Of a DNA stretch of 55,507 nt, positions 18,132 to 27,345 are shown piece by piece. Every line of letters begins with the position of its first letter. The first letter of the stretch is position 1. Both the position numbers and the translations under genes were made by a program. This DNA comes from a virus (taxonomy: Duplodnaviria; Caudoviricetes). The stretch spans positions 1 through 55,507 of the IMG/VR virus record IMGVR_UViG_3300036398_002854; one strand, written 5' to 3'. Under the pieces are notes generated by a model that saw only the letters and a list, made by a program, of their open reading frames with translations, was not told the origin of the DNA and did not search any database.

Positions 18132-19331
18132 TTAGGCGTTGCCGCGCTGCACCACCATAGCAGACGTGCCCTGCGCCGTGTTGGTGGATAGCGGCTTCAG
18201 CGCCACGAAAGGCATGGTGACGGTGATGCCGGTATCCGGGCTGTCATCCACATCGCCGCCGCTATACTTGATGCGGGGCAGGATGATGTTGATGAACTGC
18301 GCCGAACTGTTCAGGTCATCCTGATTCTGTAGGCGTAGGATCAGCGTCGATTCGGTCTCGGTCACGAACTTGTCGTGCATCGCAGCATTAGTGAACAGAA
18401 CCGTGATGGTGCCGCTGATGTCAGCATATCGGCCAAATAGCAGGTCCGGGGTTAGGTTGGTGCCAACCACCTGCGGCCCCGCCATGTTGTTGTTGACCGT
18501 GATCTCAGCAGCGGTCACGAGGCCAAGAACAGAGCCGCCTTCATACAACTCGCCATTGACCGCAGCGAACGGCGTGGTCTGCGGCGCGGTGTTGTAGGTG
18601 GAAGAAACGGTGCTGGCGACAAAGCCCGAGCCGTCTCGGCCAATCACGCTGAAGGTCACACCAACAAGGCCAGATGCCGGGACGGAAATCGTCATCTGGT
18701 TGAAGCGCACACCCTTGAACTGCTGATACAGGTTGCGATCAGTCAGCCAACGCTCGATGGTGAAGGAGCGATAGGTCGTGCCAACGCCAACCTTGCGGCC
18801 TGCGACCGCGATGGTGGCGGAAGCGGTGGCTGTGGTGCCGATGGTGCCGGGTTCAACCTCGATGGTGGAAACGCCAACGCTGAGCGCCGTGAAGTAGCGA
18901 TCCGTTAGACCCGTGATCGCGGGGGTGGCGGAGACAGAGAACACTTCACCAACTCGGAAACCAGCGGTCGGGAAGTTTGCAGAACCGCAAGTGATTCGAT
19001 TGGTGGCAGAGTTGACCGAGATGCTGCTAAAAGGCGCGGAAGAACCCGTCGCCCAAGTGCCGCCCATGATGGCTTCGATGAAGTCATCCCATGACTGCTG
19101 CGAAAGCTCGCCAACAATGTCGCCTGATACGGAACGGTAGCCGTGGCGCACGTCCTGGCGCATACGGTCAGAACGACGCTCCTCGGACTGATAAGCCTCC
19201 TTCTGTAGATTGACAGAGAAGGACACGTCGCGAACGCGCTGAAAAGTGGAACTGACGGGGGTGGACCCGAAAACTGCTTCCGCTACATAGCCAATTTCTG
19301 TAAGGCCACCAACTGCAATAGTGCCGCTCAT
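18132..19331 (-). CDS. Major tail (tube) protein
   Basis: YVAEAVFGSTP, SEERRSDR, GELS, SFTIER, ILPRIKY motifs; strong codon bias. Confidence 0.88.
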   Translation of the reverse strand: MSGTIAVGGLTEIGYVAEAVFGSTPVSSTFQRVRDVSFSVNLQKEAYQSEERRSDRMRQDVRHGYRSVSGDIVGELSQQSWDDFIEAIMGGTWATGSSAPFSSISVNSATNRITCGSANFPTAGFRVGEVFSVSATPAITGLTDRYFTALSVGVSTIEVEPGTIGTTATASATIAVAGRKVGVGTTYRSFTIERWLTDRNLYQQFKGVRFNQMTISVPASGLVGVTFSVIGRDGSGFVASTVSSTYNTAPQTTPFAAVNGELYEGGSVLGLVTAAEITVNNNMAGPQVVGTNLTPDLLFGRYADISGTITVLFTNAAMHDKFVTETESTLILRLQNQDDLNSSAQFINIILPRIKYSGGDVDDSPDTGITVTMPFVALKPLSTNTAQGTSAMVVQRGNA

Positions 19332-19392
19332 AATTTTCTCCTAGCGATTAAGGCGGCAATCTTATTCGCCGCAAAAAGTCAATGCGCTACCA

Positions 19393-19422
19393 CCTATAAT
19401 CCAACAAAACGGGCTAAGTCAA
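19393..19422 (-). promoter_or_regulatory. Possible sigma70-type promoter for the tail tube gene
   Basis: TTGACT-N18-TATAGG on the minus strand in the intergenic gap. Confidence 0.35.
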
Positions 19423-19433
19423 TGTAACGCCCT

Positions 19434-19847
19434 TTACGTGGTGGGCACGTAGGAGAACCAAGGAACGGTGAGACGGATACGCCAAAATGGCCCTTCGCGG
19501 TCTGCTACGACCATGCTGGGTGTCGCTTCAATGTTCACGGATATGCCGCTATTCGTCAGCACCAACCCACGGCTAAAGTGCTGCCTGATCCGCTCCGCCA
19601 AAGTCGAAGCCGTATTCGGGCCTTGGTCCTGTGGCGCGTAGATATCCAACTGATAGAGGCCGCTCTCAAAGTCCATGGCGCTTTTGTGATTCGCTGCCGC
19701 GCGTGTTGCCCCCGGTAAGAAATTGACTCGGATATGAGTTTCATTTGTCTTGGGCGTGAAGGCGATGTTTTCCCACGCCACACTAGGAAGCGCGGATAAC
19801 GAATTGAGGCGAGCGTTGAGGGCATTACGAATAGCGAGTAGGCTCAT
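19434..19847 (-). CDS. Tail terminator protein
   Basis: VAWENIAFTP, GLYQLDIYAP, HFSRG; position; ATGA coupling. Confidence 0.75.
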   Translation of the reverse strand: MSLLAIRNALNARLNSLSALPSVAWENIAFTPKTNETHIRVNFLPGATRAAANHKSAMDFESGLYQLDIYAPQDQGPNTASTLAERIRQHFSRGLVLTNSGISVNIEATPSMVVADREGPFWRIRLTVPWFSYVPTT

Positions 19848-20332
19848 CGGACTGTCCTCGAAACTCGTGCGGCGTTGGAGATTATCGTTCCCCATTCCTT
19901 AGCATTCACACGCATCATACCTGCCGGAGCCTGGATAGAAAATCGGGATGGTAGCGTTTTGACGCGGCGTTCATCCGCAAACCGATACCCGCCAAATTCC
20001 AATTTACCAATGTAGCCGACGGTATTTACAAGGTAGAGGGTTGTCTGGATACGCGGCGAATAGAGAGAATAGGTTTGAGCGATTTTCTGAACAGTTGGGG
20101 CGCCGTTCGGATCAAGAGGAGTATTGTTCGACGTTAAGTTGGTATCGAAACCAGCAACCCAGCCACCACGGGCACGGCCAATTGAGCCTGGATCGTGCAT
20201 CCCAAAAGGCAAATCAATCGGCGTCCCCATAACGATATTCGACGCAAGTTTCGTCGCCGCGCCAGATACCGTTTTCGCAAGGCGCCGTTCAGTCCTTTGA
20301 GCAAATTTGGCAACTTGCTCAGCGAATGTCAT
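19844..20332 (-). CDS. Neck / tail completion protein (HK97 gp10-like)
   Basis: TPID...GRARGGW...YIGKLEFG...SIQAPAGM. Confidence 0.7.
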   Translation of the reverse strand: MTFAEQVAKFAQRTERRLAKTVSGAATKLASNIVMGTPIDLPFGMHDPGSIGRARGGWVAGFDTNLTSNNTPLDPNGAPTVQKIAQTYSLYSPRIQTTLYLVNTVGYIGKLEFGGYRFADERRVKTLPSRFSIQAPAGMMRVNAKEWGTIISNAARVSRTVR

Positions 20333-20706
20333 CGTTGTGCAATCACACGATACATGACGACCACGCCACTTTCAGGGATCGGCTGCACCCGCGTAATCTT
20401 GTAAGGCAGAGCCGTAGTGGGCGGGGAGCCAATCGTCATGCCGGGTTGTGGGGCGAAGGTCAAACCACTTGCAGTCAGGTAGACTTCAATCTCTGCCGTC
20501 TCCGCCAATTCAGGAACGTCGAACTGGCTATCCCGCGAAAACGACTTGCCCCGGATGTCTTGTGTCGCCGTGCTTGTGGTGACTGAACCCGTAGATGGGT
20601 TGTAGACCTGATCGCCCCGTTTGGTGACACGGAACACGTCGCCATACTTCTGAAGAAGCCGAAGTCCTGCGCCGTCGCGTAGCCGTTCAAAAAGTGATGT
20701 GGTCAT
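20329..20706 (-). CDS. Head closure / stopper protein
   Basis: Size, position, LLQKYG...YNPSTG. Confidence 0.6.
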   Translation of the reverse strand: MTTSLFERLRDGAGLRLLQKYGDVFRVTKRGDQVYNPSTGSVTTSTATQDIRGKSFSRDSQFDVPELAETAEIEVYLTASGLTFAPQPGMTIGSPPTTALPYKITRVQPIPESGVVVMYRVIAQR

Positions 20707-21194
20707 GTGCGTATGATACGTGGAAACCCGAGTGGAGTGACGATAGGCGTCAGGATAAACTCAATATCGCGATAGATTGGAATGGTCCGTGCGTTCTGTG
20801 CATACTTTACACGAATGGGGCCGATCTGTTCTTCTAAGACCGAATCACTTCGAGTCAAATCCGGTATTAGATTGTCCCCGCTTCGAGACCGCAGCGCCAA
20901 AGCGCATACCGCGTCTTTGACTTCCTTGGGGATTTCGCTTTCCTCCACGGTCCAGCCATCGCGGCGGACAGCGTAAGCGCGAGGCCAGGAAAGAGCCTGT
21001 TCCTCGGTGCGCTTAACGCCAATCCATCGGCTGTAGTATGCGCCTTCAAGATAACGCATCGCCTTCATGATATCGCTATCCGCAGACACGGGAGGGGCGA
21101 GGCCATACAAGCGGGCATACGCGGCAACGTCCTGCCCCGTCACATACGTCTGAGAATCAACCTTAGCTGATCCATCCTCAAGAATAAGTGCCAT
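20703..21194 (-). CDS. Head-tail adaptor (DnaT-like family)
   Basis: MALILEDGS...YVT...QALSWPR...IPKEVKDA...GPIRVKY. Confidence 0.75.
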   Translation of the reverse strand: MALILEDGSAKVDSQTYVTGQDVAAYARLYGLAPPVSADSDIMKAMRYLEGAYYSRWIGVKRTEEQALSWPRAYAVRRDGWTVEESEIPKEVKDAVCALALRSRSGDNLIPDLTRSDSVLEEQIGPIRVKYAQNARTIPIYRDIEFILTPIVTPLGFPRIIRT

Positions 21195-21226
21195 GCCAGT
21201 AGGCCCCCTCGAATGGATGCCTTATA

Positions 21227-21967
21227 TCAAATAGTCTTGGAGTTTAGAAAGGCATCCCGTTCCGCAAGCCACGCCGCATCCGCTTCGGGCGAGATAGTGT
21301 TGCCCATCCAAGGACCACCTAGCGTATAGTGGGCGATCTTGGCGGTTGCAATGTCGTGGCCCGGTTCGCCAATTAGGGCGTTCCACTCTGGCGCCAAGGC
21401 GCCAATGTGCTTGTCCTTGTCCGCAATCCAGCAGAAACTATGCAAGTCTCGGCCAGGAACAGAGTTGATAACGCGGATATCCAAGGCGTCATTGGCGAAG
21501 TGATTGCAGTTAAATGCCATCACGGACGACCAATTTTTGAAGTTGTAATGCGTTTGCACTTGCCCGTCCATCTTCAACATGGTGGAGGGGGTGTAGTTGT
21601 GTTTGACGCACATAACCGCATACTTGCTGTCAAGCGAGTTGAACAGGTTGGCGATGTCATCCAAGAACAACACGTCACAATCGACAAACAACGCCCAGCC
21701 CGAGTATCCATACTTGGCCCGGTGCAGAACAGGAGTAAGAAACCGGGAAATGGCAAATTCCGTGGCTTGGGGTGCGTCTGAAATCGTATCCCATAGCCTC
21801 CCATCGCGCGTCTCAGTCTTGCGCCACATCAAACCCTTGTCGCGCATCTCGTCAATCTTGATCGGGACAACGGTGACCGGGATCGAAGCGCGGCGCCTCA
21901 GGCTGAACTCCGCAACTTCGTAGGCTTCCTCTTCTCGGCTGTCATAACCCATATAGATAGTGACCAC
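21227..21967 (-). CDS. Glycosyltransferase, CDI-like GT-A family
   Basis: GYDSRE, TEFAISRFLTP, WALFVDCD (DxD), KMDGQVQ...KNWSS, HYTLGGPW. Confidence 0.85.
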   Translation of the reverse strand: MVTIYMGYDSREEEAYEVAEFSLRRRASIPVTVVPIKIDEMRDKGLMWRKTETRDGRLWDTISDAPQATEFAISRFLTPVLHRAKYGYSGWALFVDCDVLFLDDIANLFNSLDSKYAVMCVKHNYTPSTMLKMDGQVQTHYNFKNWSSVMAFNCNHFANDALDIRVINSVPGRDLHSFCWIADKDKHIGALAPEWNALIGEPGHDIATAKIAHYTLGGPWMGNTISPEADAAWLAERDAFLNSKTI

Positions 21968-21971
21968 GGCT

Positions 21972-22676
21972 TTAATCCCACGCTAGGATGAAATCATCAA
22001 CAACGCGGTTTACAGGCTTCGCACCCCAAGAAATAAGCAAATCTACCGCGTCATATTGTCCCCACTCAAAACCATCCCAAGGCTTCTGCTCAATGCAGAT
22101 GATCGGCTTGAACTTGCGGATTGTTTCTTCCGCACCCTTGATGACCTGATACTCATAGCCTTCTACGTCAATCTTGAGCGCGTCTAGGCAATCAAGATTT
22201 TCGCTATCAAGGGTGATGACTTCGACCGGGTAATGCTCCGCTTCGCTCGCCCACTTCGCCTTGTCAGAAGACGCAACCCGCGTTCCCGATGTGGTGTCGG
22301 GCTTATATTCGATGATGACCTCTCCCTTCTCAGCGCCAACTGCATAGGGGCGCAGTTCCACGTTCTTGGTGGGGCGAGAAGGATGATTGATGGTGTTCAG
22401 CATAAAGCACTTCTGATTGACCTTGATCGGTTCATAGCCAACCACGCGGTCAAACGCCTTGCTGAAGTGCAGGGACCAAAGCCCGACATTCGCCCCCACG
22501 TCCGCCACCAATCGTCGTCGGTTTGGCGGGACGGAATTCACAAAAGCGGCGAGGGTATGAAGCTGGTAACTTCCTTCACCCGTTGCGCTTTTGCGTGCGG
22601 ATTGGTTGAGGAAAGGCAGCAGGTGTTCTTCGGTGCTGGGAATCCAAACACCGGCAACAAATTTGATATCTGACAT
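21972..22676 (-). CDS. FkbM-family SAM methyltransferase
   Basis: DVGANVGLWS, YEP, LKIDVEGYE..VIKGA. Confidence 0.88.
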   Translation of the reverse strand: MSDIKFVAGVWIPSTEEHLLPFLNQSARKSATGEGSYQLHTLAAFVNSVPPNRRRLVADVGANVGLWSLHFSKAFDRVVGYEPIKVNQKCFMLNTINHPSRPTKNVELRPYAVGAEKGEVIIEYKPDTTSGTRVASSDKAKWASEAEHYPVEVITLDSENLDCLDALKIDVEGYEYQVIKGAEETIRKFKPIICIEQKPWDGFEWGQYDAVDLLISWGAKPVNRVVDDFILAWD

Positions 22677-23464
22677 TATGCTTGCACCGTTACGTCGGTT
22701 GGGTAGGAAGCGCCGTTGTCTTTGCGGTCGCCCTTCAGATGGTCGATATACTCACGCCAAACAGAGTTGACGATGGGGTGGGACGTTCCGAACGATAGAT
22801 CGTCGCCCAAGTTCACGGCACGGATGTTGCCCTCCTTCATGCCGCCAGCAATCAGCGCATCTAGCACATGGCAATCCGTCCAAGCGGGCAGGCGATAGAC
22901 CTGATCCTCAACATAGACTTGCCAGAAGATACGAAGCAGCCCACGCACGGTGACGTTGCCGCCAAGGCGGAACATCAAGATACCCGCTTCGGTATGGTTG
23001 CCGTTGCGGGGGAAGTGCCCCACATGCGCCCAAATCGGGAAGCGGTCGCCCAAGAAGTCATGGGGGATAGGCTTCTTGAACAAGGTATCGCCATCGAACC
23101 AAATCAACACTTCCGGCTTTTGGTCCATCTCAAGAAAGTCAATCTTGTTCGCTGCCGCAGCGAGCGTCGCAGGCTTGTGCGAGAACCGCACCGCGTCAAA
23201 CCTGTAGTCGTAATACTTGCCAAACTTGCCGTGACAGACCGGAGAGTTATGGCGAAGCTCAAAATCCACCTGAGACGGCATTTCTTCATCCAGCATAAAG
23301 AAATGCACCAAATCAGTTTCGGGCGTATCGTGTAGAAGAAGCGAGTCCGAATAGACCCACAACTGACAATCCGGGATGGGGTTTTCCATGAAAGACGCAA
23401 TCATGTTGCGCCCATACTTTTCGTATCCGTCTTGGCTAAAAGACGTTACCGCTACATACTTCAC
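22676..23464 (-). CDS. Putative GT-A glycosyltransferase
   Basis: VTSFSQDGY..YG, DAVRFSHK, LIWFDGD (DxD), EAG, WTDCHVLD, DHLKG. Confidence 0.65.
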   Translation of the reverse strand: MKYVAVTSFSQDGYEKYGRNMIASFMENPIPDCQLWVYSDSLLLHDTPETDLVHFFMLDEEMPSQVDFELRHNSPVCHGKFGKYYDYRFDAVRFSHKPATLAAAANKIDFLEMDQKPEVLIWFDGDTLFKKPIPHDFLGDRFPIWAHVGHFPRNGNHTEAGILMFRLGGNVTVRGLLRIFWQVYVEDQVYRLPAWTDCHVLDALIAGGMKEGNIRAVNLGDDLSFGTSHPIVNSVWREYIDHLKGDRKDNGASYPTDVTVQA

Positions 23465-23487
23465 AAGTCGTCCTTCTTGATCGGTTT

Positions 23488-23679
23488 TTACTGGCCGTGT
23501 TCTTCTTGAACGTCGCTTTCTGCAACATCCACTACGGGTTCTTCTTCCACCGCCGCCGCTTCTTCAATGGCCGTGACAGAAGATCGCACGCGGCTGACCA
23601 ACTCTCGAAACTGGAGAAGATGATGAGCCTCTTCGCACAGAGCGTTCAGGGCGAACGCATCAACGGATACGCGCATCAC
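23488..23679 (-). CDS. Hypothetical protein
   Basis: Coupled small ORF in operon. Confidence 0.4.
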   Translation of the reverse strand: MMRVSVDAFALNALCEEAHHLLQFRELVSRVRSSVTAIEEAAAVEEEPVVDVAESDVQEEHGQ

Positions 23680-24110
23680 AGAACCTCATCTTCCAAAGTC
23701 TTTGGCTTGCGGCCCGGCTTGTTGCGGACCTTCACCGTCTGGCTGCCGCCGATCACGGGCACTTCGCGTTCCTCAATCTCGGGGATCGGAGGCGCATCTG
23801 CGGGGTCAAAAACCGCCTTCGTATATTCCTTCTCATCCGTATACGCGGTTGTGATTTCAGCGCCAGACCGCGCCTCAAAAGCGCGCTGGGGATCAGCATA
23901 CGCAGGCGAAGATGGCTTGTGCTTGCGCGCTTCCTCGATACGCTCCTGCTCACGCTCTAGGGCGACAAGAGCATCCGGTGCAGAACCACCGCGCATGGAG
24001 ACAATCGACCACTCAGACCACTGACTGATATTGTCTGCATACTTCGTCTGATTGACGATTTTAAGCTGCCCTGTTCGCTTGTTGCGAAGTTTGACAGTAG
24101 GTAACTGCAT
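23676..24110 (-). CDS. Hypothetical protein with basic C-terminal KPGRKPK motif
   Basis: ATG at 24110 after AGTAGG; operon position. Confidence 0.5.
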   Translation of the reverse strand: MQLPTVKLRNKRTGQLKIVNQTKYADNISQWSEWSIVSMRGGSAPDALVALEREQERIEEARKHKPSSPAYADPQRAFEARSGAEITTAYTDEKEYTKAVFDPADAPPIPEIEEREVPVIGGSQTVKVRNKPGRKPKTLEDEVL

Positions 24111-24115
24111 CCTAC

Positions 24116-24337
24116 TTACTCCCGACCATAAATGCTCTTGACTGTGCCTGGAATCCAAACCTGCATCACGACGCGATTTGGCTCGTGCCGGTGCATCATG
24201 ATGATCTTGTTTTCCTGCGCCAAATCGCGTGCTTCACCAACAGTAAATGGCGACATGGGGTATGTGCGCCACATCAAAGGGGCAACATGCCGGGGGCGCT
24301 CGCCAATGTCAATCCATTGCTTCAGTGGGATAGTCAT
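24116..24337 (-). CDS. Hypothetical protein
   Basis: ATGA coupling with upstream gene. Confidence 0.5.
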   Translation of the reverse strand: MTIPLKQWIDIGERPRHVAPLMWRTYPMSPFTVGEARDLAQENKIIMMHRHEPNRVVMQVWIPGTVKSIYGRE

Positions 24338-24645
24338 GTTCCGTATTCCTCGATCACTGACACGTTCGTTGCTCGCTTGACCTTGCATGGATCGCAAATG
24401 CGATTATGCGACCCGACACTATCAAAGAGTCGGGAACAAGACAAACAGGTTTTTGTAATTTTTGGTTTTATTTCTAAGGAAAACGCATCCAACTCCCATT
24501 TAATTCTCACATGGTCCGCGTCCCTGTTCAGAGCCTTGGCAATGTCCGTTAGGCTGAACCCCGCCGCCTTCCAATCACGGGCTTGGCGTAAGTCGCGTTC
24601 AGTCCAGAATCCAATCTCAGGGGCGGGTTTATTGTGCCGCGCCAT
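24334..24645 (-). CDS. GcrA-like HTH plus zinc-ribbon protein
   Basis: WTERD...AGFSLTDIAKALNR resembles the GcrA N-terminal HTH; C-terminal CLSC...HNRICDPC. Confidence 0.5.
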   Translation of the reverse strand: MARHNKPAPEIGFWTERDLRQARDWKAAGFSLTDIAKALNRDADHVRIKWELDAFSLEIKPKITKTCLSCSRLFDSVGSHNRICDPCKVKRATNVSVIEEYGT

Positions 24646-24653
24646 TGTTCTGA

Positions 24654-25469
24654 CTAATCAGCTTCATAAAGTTGCATGTTCTCAAAAAGCGCATTTGGCG
24701 CAGGCCGCGATAAGAAGTTGATGCTATGTTCCGTTTCGGCCTCTGTGTCAAGAGAAAATGCTTCTACCCATTCCTGGCAGATTTTGCTTCTCACAATGTC
24801 GCTTGGCCTAAAGGTGCAGATCGACACTTCGATCCTGTTCTTCTGCGCCATGGCGACAAGCCGCTCAAGCCCCGAGTTTCTGATATCGACCTGTTGTGGA
24901 TCGCCCGAAATGATTGCTTTGCAATCACCGAGGCGGGTTACAAAAAGCCGCAACTGTTCGATGGTGCAATTCTGCGCCTCATCTAGAAGCACAATCGTGT
25001 CTTCGCCAAACGTCCGCCCACGCATGAACTGGAAAGGGGCAAACTCCACAATGCCTTTGCGGAGCCATTCCTGTGCGCGCACCTTGCCGACAAGGCGCTC
25101 AATCACATCGAGAATAGGGATGGCCCAAGGCGTGAACTTCATGTTCAAGTCGCCAGGGAGAAAACCAATATTCTCGCTCTTGTCAGAAGAAATCATGGGC
25201 CGTGCCACAATGAACTTCTTGCAGCGTTCTTCAATGATTTCTTTTACGGCGTAGTGGGTGGCGATGTATGTCTTGCCCGCGCCAGCAGGGCCGAGGGCAA
25301 ATATTTGCTGGAATTTTTGAATACCAGAGAGATACCGCGATTGGGAAAGGTTCTTGGCGGTAAGTGGTGGAAGCGATGCTTCCGATTGGGTTGTAGTGGT
25401 TTTGGGTTTCGTCTTTGTGACCTTGCGGGCTTGACGTTTCTCAGCCTTTGTCGGTCGGGGAACTGCCAC
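24654..25469 (-). CDS. phoH: PhoH-family ATPase
   Basis: GPAGAGKT, IGFLPGD, FMRGRTF, LDEAQN, GDPQQVD. Confidence 0.92.
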   Translation of the reverse strand: MAVPRPTKAEKRQARKVTKTKPKTTTTQSEASLPPLTAKNLSQSRYLSGIQKFQQIFALGPAGAGKTYIATHYAVKEIIEERCKKFIVARPMISSDKSENIGFLPGDLNMKFTPWAIPILDVIERLVGKVRAQEWLRKGIVEFAPFQFMRGRTFGEDTIVLLDEAQNCTIEQLRLFVTRLGDCKAIISGDPQQVDIRNSGLERLVAMAQKNRIEVSICTFRPSDIVRSKICQEWVEAFSLDTEAETEHSINFLSRPAPNALFENMQLYEAD

Positions 25470-25542
25470 GTATTGCCTCCTAGGCAGAGTTGCGCCAAGG
25501 ACGGCAATAGCGTGGTGGGGTAGTATTTAGCAACGCCTTGAC

Positions 25543-26079
25543 TTAGGTGCGGGGCCAATAGATGATCGTTGGCCCTCGGTCAATATGGGTCTGATTCCAT
25601 ACGTGCCAGACGTAATTGTGGATGGGCTGGGCCTTTCTTTCCTCCGACCACCAAGGGCGAAACCGCATCCTGATTTGGCGCGTATAAAGCGGAGAATCAA
25701 AGAACCGCGCCCGTGACGACGCCAAATCCCAATTTGCCCGCATCAAAAAACAGGCGCCATAGACCTTTCTCGATTGGATATGCTTGATGGCCGTTTCAAC
25801 AAATCGGTCCACAATCTTGCGGTCATACGGGGGATTGGTGACGATCCAGTTTGTGTGTCCTATATCCGCGAAGGCGTCCTGCATACCGTAAAGAAACTTG
25901 AAATCCTTCTCTGCGAAACGGCGCAGAATACCACTACCGTTCGGGGCACAAATATCCGTAATCCCGTCGCACAAGCTAATGGACTCTACAAGCGCGTCCA
26001 CACATCGAGGGTCGATGGTCTGATAATCGTCATTCTCTTTGCGTGCGTATCCGCTATGCACGTAGGGCACTTTAGTCAT
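25543..26079 (-). CDS. Small amino-methyltransferase-like protein (probable DNA adenine MTase)
   Basis: DDYQT, DICAPNGSGI, IVTNPPY. Confidence 0.6.
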   Translation of the reverse strand: MTKVPYVHSGYARKENDDYQTIDPRCVDALVESISLCDGITDICAPNGSGILRRFAEKDFKFLYGMQDAFADIGHTNWIVTNPPYDRKIVDRFVETAIKHIQSRKVYGACFLMRANWDLASSRARFFDSPLYTRQIRMRFRPWWSEERKAQPIHNYVWHVWNQTHIDRGPTIIYWPRT

Positions 26080-26665
26080 TGTATGCTATTTCCCTTATGA
26101 TCTTACGACGTATCGCTAAAGCAAAGTCATCCCAGCCTTCCGAGATAACCGCAAAGCCATCTTCGGTTATGGTGTGGTCACGCAAGAAGGCTTCGATTTC
26201 AGCATTGAGGCCAACGCCAATCGCGTTCACCGTGATTTGGGCTTTCTGCGCCCTATCGCGTGCTTCCTGCGTCGGGATTTTGCTGGCGATACCGTCCGTG
26301 GATATGTCGATAACCTTGCGCTCAGGCGCACATGGCGCCGTGGCGAAGTGGCTAGAAGCCGTATCCAACGCCACGCCAATCTCCGTGGCGATTTGAACCC
26401 GGCGAGGCACGTTCTTGATTTTGGCGGACAGGCTATCCGCCTGTTCGGTTGATTTGACCGTGTGCCACGGCACCACGACTTCTGCCTTGCCCCCAAACGC
26501 CAAAACCTTGACAGCGATGCCGCCATCAAGGTTTTCAATCGTGCGTTGTATGGCGGGGTGGCTGAACGCCTCAGCCGTGCCGTCGCGCTGCTTTACCCAT
26601 TCAGCATCGCTGACGCTGGCGCTTACGTCCATAAGCAGAACAAGCGCGACGGCACAACCGAGCAT
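26072..26665 (-). CDS. DUF1194 (vWA-like) protein
   Basis: ALVLLMDVSASV, RKVIDISTDG, ITVNAI, AIRRKIIREIA. Confidence 0.8.
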   Translation of the reverse strand: MLGCAVALVLLMDVSASVSDAEWVKQRDGTAEAFSHPAIQRTIENLDGGIAVKVLAFGGKAEVVVPWHTVKSTEQADSLSAKIKNVPRRVQIATEIGVALDTASSHFATAPCAPERKVIDISTDGIASKIPTQEARDRAQKAQITVNAIGVGLNAEIEAFLRDHTITEDGFAVISEGWDDFALAIRRKIIREIAYND

Positions 26666-26670
26666 AGTGG

Positions 26671-26922
26671 TTAATACATCCCAAGCGCCTTGAGGTAGGT
26701 GTCGCGGATAAGTTCACGCTCCTCGCGTTCCGCAGCATCTTCCGCGCGCATCTTGATGATTTCGCGGATAACCTTGGGGTTGAAGCCCGCGCCCTTGGCT
26801 TCCGCCATAATATCCGAGATGGCGGACTGGATTTCCTTCTTCTCGGTATTGAGGTTTTCGATACGCTCAATGATCGAAAGCAGACGATCAGAGGCGATGG
26901 AGTTGTGGCCGATGTCGCTCAT
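26671..26922 (-). CDS. gapR: GapR / DUF2312 DNA-binding protein
   Basis: DRLLSIIERIENL..EKKEI...DIMAEAKGAGFNPKVIREII..R...YLKALGM. Confidence 0.85.
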   Translation of the reverse strand: MSDIGHNSIASDRLLSIIERIENLNTEKKEIQSAISDIMAEAKGAGFNPKVIREIIKMRAEDAAEREERELIRDTYLKALGMY

Positions 26923-26927
26923 TGTTC

Positions 26928-27344
26928 TTAGTCCTCGTGCTTGACGGTTTCAGCGAATACTTCTAGTGTTGCGGTTCTTGACTTGATTGCCTCAAAGATT
27001 TTTGGCGCACGAGTTGGCAATTCAGCCAATCCTGTGCCGAGCCCATCATGCGGGACTACAACTGTTCTTCCCGCCTTTAGCCATGCAAGCGCAATCATAA
27101 ATGGAAAGCGGATAGCATCTTCGACAAACTCCCAATCTTCGTCCTTAAAATACGAACTCGTTTGCGAGTCGGGTGCCCACTTTGTAGGCACGCCGAAGCT
27201 GTTGGGGTGGCCGCGCATGGTTGCAGCCTGACCACCGTAACCTTGGCGGCGCATGTTGTCACCAAAGAGAAAAATTGTGTGGGGGAAACCTTCGAGCACA
27301 TCTTGCTTGGAGATGAACTTCTTGTAGACGAGTGTTCCGGGCAT
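26928..27344 (-). CDS. Conserved phage protein (macro-like fold possible)
   Basis: FLFGDN...GGQAA.MRG.PN.FGVPTK...GLGTGLAELP. Confidence 0.6.
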   Translation of the reverse strand: MPGTLVYKKFISKQDVLEGFPHTIFLFGDNMRRQGYGGQAATMRGHPNSFGVPTKWAPDSQTSSYFKDEDWEFVEDAIRFPFMIALAWLKAGRTVVVPHDGLGTGLAELPTRAPKIFEAIKSRTATLEVFAETVKHED

Positions 27345-27345
27345 T

